A stretch of DNA of 64,000 nt, taken from the NCBI GenBank assembly GCA_965238005.1, contig OZ250165.1, positions 2,496,001-2,560,000 of the forward strand, in the 5' to 3' direction. Of the stretch, positions 61,262 through 64,000 are shown in pieces; the first letter of the stretch is position 1, and each line of letters begins with the position of its first letter. A program made the translations under genes and the position numbers. The notes under the pieces were generated by a model. That model worked only from the letters and a program-made list of their open reading frames with translations. It ran no database searches and was not told the origin of the DNA. Source of the stretch: Longimicrobiales bacterium (GTDB lineage: Bacteria; Gemmatimonadota; Gemmatimonadetes; Longimicrobiales; Gaopeijiaceae).

Positions 61262-62986
61262 CTAAAAGAAGACGGGCTCCTTGTAGCTTCCGAAGACCAC
61301 CTCCATGGCATGCCGGATCTCGTACAACGTGCAGTCGGCCCGTGCACAGTCGAGGATCGCCGGCACCACGTTGCCACCGTCGCGACACACAGCTTCGAGG
61401 GTCTGTAAGGTCTCCTGCACGCGGTCGTCGTCCCTGAGGGCTCGAAGCTCGGCCATGCGCCGACGCTGACGCTCCTCCACGGACGCATCGATCTTGAGGG
61501 TATCGATCTCGATGTCCTCCGAGCCCTCGGTGAACTCGTTCACGCCCACCACCAGCCGCCGGGACGACTCCACTTCGTTCTGCTGGCGTAGGGCCGAGTG
61601 CGCGATCTCGGATTGGAAGAAGCCCGTCTCGATGCCCGGAACGACCCCGCCCAGCTCGTCGATCTGCCGGAAGAGGTCGAGGGCCTCGGCCTCGAGCCGG
61701 TCCGTAAGGGATTCCACGTAATAGGAGCCCGCCAGCGGATCGATGGTGTTGGGCACGCCGCTCTCGTAGGCGAGGATCTGCTGTGTACGAAGCGCGATCC
61801 GGACGGTCTTCTCCGTGGGGAGCGCCAGGGTCTCGTCCATGGAGTTGGTGTGCAGCGATTGGGTTCCACCCAGCACGGCGGCCATGGCCTGGTACGCAAC
61901 GCGCACGATGTTGTTCTCGGGCTGCTGCGCCATGAGGCTGACCCCGGCAGTCTGTGCGTGGGTACGGAGCCTCCACGCGTCCGGATTCGTGGCGCCGTAT
62001 GTGTCGCGCATGGCCCGAGCCCAGATCCGTCGCGCCGCCCGGAACTTCGCGATCTCCTCGAAGAAGTCGTTGTGGACGTCGAAGAAGAACGAGAGCCGTG
62101 GAGCGAAGCGGTTCACGTCCAGGCCCCGCTCTATTCCCCTCTCCACGTACTCGAAGCCGTTCCTCAGCGTGAACGCCAGCTCCTGGGCGGCCGTGGCACC
62201 GGCCTCCCGAATGTGGTAGCCGGAGATGGAGATCGGGTTGTACTTGGGCGCGTGCTCCGCGCACCACTCGAACATGTCGACGATGCAGCGCAGCGCAGGC
62301 TCCGGCGGGAAGATCCAGGCGTGCTGCGCCTGGTACTCCTTGAGGATGTCGTTCTGGACGGTACCTCGGAGCTTATCCGGCGAGATGCCTTGCCGCTCGG
62401 CCGCCGCCACGTAGAAGCAGTAGAGGATGACGGCCGGCCCGTTGATGGTCATGGAGACCGAGACCTGGTCGAGGGGGATGCCCTCGAAGAGCGTCTCCAT
62501 GTCGTGCGGGGATGAGATGGCCACCCCGCAGACACCTACCTCCCCCAGAGAGCGCGGGTGGTCGCTGTCGTAGCCCATCAGGGTGGGAAAGTCGAAGGCC
62601 ACGGACAGGCCCGTGGTGCCGTGGTTCAGAAGGTACCTGTACCGCTCGTTCGTCTCCTCGGACGTGGCGAAGCCCGCGAATTGACGCATGGTCCAGAGGC
62701 GCGTGCGGTACATGGTGGAGTAGGGACCACGAGTGAACGGGAACCGGCCGGGAACCCCCAGGGCATCCTCGTAGCTCTCAGCCCCTGCCCGGTCGGCCGG
62801 CGTATAGAGCGGCTTTACGTCCATACCGGAAAGAGTCGTGAAGAGCCCGTCCCGCGTGGGCGTCGCCTCGAACTCCTCCTCCCACGCCTTCAGCTGCTCC
62901 CGCAGCCTGTCGATCTCGGCCTTCTGTGCGGCCACCTGCTCCATCAGGTCGCCGGGAGAAGTCATATCCCGTTCAAGAGTGGACAT
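61262..62986 (-). CDS. Methylmalonyl-CoA mutase family large subunit; residues indicate isobutyryl-CoA mutase (IcmA) type
   Basis: PFTRGPY, WTMRQFAGF, GLSVAFD, QNDILKEYQAQ, SGYHIREAG, SLHTNSMDE. Confidence 0.92.
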   Translation of the reverse strand: MSTLERDMTSPGDLMEQVAAQKAEIDRLREQLKAWEEEFEATPTRDGLFTTLSGMDVKPLYTPADRAGAESYEDALGVPGRFPFTRGPYSTMYRTRLWTMRQFAGFATSEETNERYRYLLNHGTTGLSVAFDFPTLMGYDSDHPRSLGEVGVCGVAISSPHDMETLFEGIPLDQVSVSMTINGPAVILYCFYVAAAERQGISPDKLRGTVQNDILKEYQAQHAWIFPPEPALRCIVDMFEWCAEHAPKYNPISISGYHIREAGATAAQELAFTLRNGFEYVERGIERGLDVNRFAPRLSFFFDVHNDFFEEIAKFRAARRIWARAMRDTYGATNPDAWRLRTHAQTAGVSLMAQQPENNIVRVAYQAMAAVLGGTQSLHTNSMDETLALPTEKTVRIALRTQQILAYESGVPNTIDPLAGSYYVESLTDRLEAEALDLFRQIDELGGVVPGIETGFFQSEIAHSALRQQNEVESSRRLVVGVNEFTEGSEDIEIDTLKIDASVEERQRRRMAELRALRDDDRVQETLQTLEAVCRDGGNVVPAILDCARADCTLYEIRHAMEVVFGSYKEPVFF

Positions 62987-62995
62987 GGTCGAAGT

Positions 62996-64000
62996 CTACC
63001 CATCTTCAGTGGAAATGTCCCGGCTCAGCAGATCGCTCAGGATGGACGAAGAGACTGAGTAGGGAGTCGCTTCACCGTGCTGGATCCGGTCCAGACCTTC
63101 CTCCAGGAGAGCAGCCGTGCTCTCGCTCCCCCACAAGATTCCGCGGAGCTCCCGGTCGGCCACCTCTCGAACCCTGACGGCCACCCTGGCTCTGCGCCGC
63201 GCCCCGAGCTCCCCTGACTCGCTCACAAACGTCCCGTGCTCGTCGATGGCGGCCAGAAGCTCTGGAACCCCCTCACCCGTCTGGGCCACGGTCTTGAGAA
63301 CCGGGATCTCCCAGGCAGGCCCCTCCTCTACTTCCGGATCGGGGGTGACCTGCTTTTTCTTGCCCAGACGCGACAGATCGACGCCGTGGTGGGCGGGCAC
63401 GTCACTTAGGGCCTTCCCCGCCCTCAGGTGCAGCGCCACCCGCAGATCCTTGAGCAGGCGGTCCGCTCCGGGGCGGTCGGCCTTGTTCACCACGAAGATG
63501 TCGGCGATCTCCATGAGCCCCGCCTTCATGGCCTGGATGCCGTCGCCTGACTCCGGCACGAGAACGACCACGACCGTGTCCGTCGCCCCCGTGATCTCAA
63601 GCTCGGTCTGACCCACACCCACCGTCTCGACCATTATACGGCCGAACCCGAACGCATCCATGAGGTCGATGACCTCCTTGGTGGTGGTGGCAAGCCCTCC
63701 CAAGGAGCCACGGGTCGCCATGGAGCGGATGAAGATCCCCTTGTCGGTCGACAAGTCATTCATGCGGATCCGATCACCCAAGAGCGCGCCTCCCGAGTAC
63801 CGGGACGTGGGGTCCACCGCCACGATGCCCACCTCGTCACCCTGGGAGCGGCACAGGGTCGCGAGGTCGGCGATGAGGCTGGACTTCCCTGCACCCGGCG
63901 GGCCGGTCATCCCCAGGCGGCGTGCCTGGGGGCCCTGATCGAGTGCGCGGTGCAGAAAGCCCTGAAAGGACGGGCGCTCGCCCTCGATCACCGAAATGGC
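62996..64000 (-). CDS. meaB: Mutase-associated GTPase MeaB (N-terminus beyond the window)
   Basis: GMTGPPGAGKS, AVDPTS..SGGALLGDRIRM, ETVGVGQ, VVNKAD. Confidence 0.93.
   Translation of the reverse strand, partial: AISVIEGERPSFQGFLHRALDQGPQARRLGMTGPPGAGKSSLIADLATLCRSQGDEVGIVAVDPTSRYSGGALLGDRIRMNDLSTDKGIFIRSMATRGSLGGLATTTKEVIDLMDAFGFGRIMVETVGVGQTELEITGATDTVVVVLVPESGDGIQAMKAGLMEIADIFVVNKADRPGADRLLKDLRVALHLRAGKALSDVPAHHGVDLSRLGKKKQVTPDPEVEEGPAWEIPVLKTVAQTGEGVPELLAAIDEHGTFVSESGELGARRRARVAVRVREVADRELRGILWGSESTAALLEEGLDRIQHGEATPYSVSSSILSDLLSRDISTEDG

Overview
High-GC bacterial chromosome segment; the gene content and protein style suggest Gemmatimonadota (inference). The left half (about 1-36 kb) is accessory. 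It holds tRNA-Leu(CAA), an ATP-grasp/flavin monooxygenase pair, an IS3-family element splitting an exported-protein gene (4-bp target duplication), and a ~23 kb cluster of a TonB-dependent receptor, lipoproteins and many exported peptidases/amidohydrolases. One of these, a CocE/NonD hydrolase, sits between degenerate attC-like halves like a stranded integron cassette. Further along are a candidate sigma54-driven small RNA, a decayed group II intron and a DUF222/HNH gene. The right half is mostly housekeeping: acnA, nfeD-floA, a Na+/solute symporter, chorismate mutase, a lytic transglycosylase, rplU-rpmA, RNase G/E and RecQ. It ends in a branched acyl-CoA cluster whose B12 mutase has isobutyryl-CoA-mutase-type residues. 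Throughout the window, many genes are hollowed out by internal deletions or carry single nonsense changes or short tandem duplications. This could be genome erosion, assembly error, or both. All calls come from reading motifs by eye; no searches were run.
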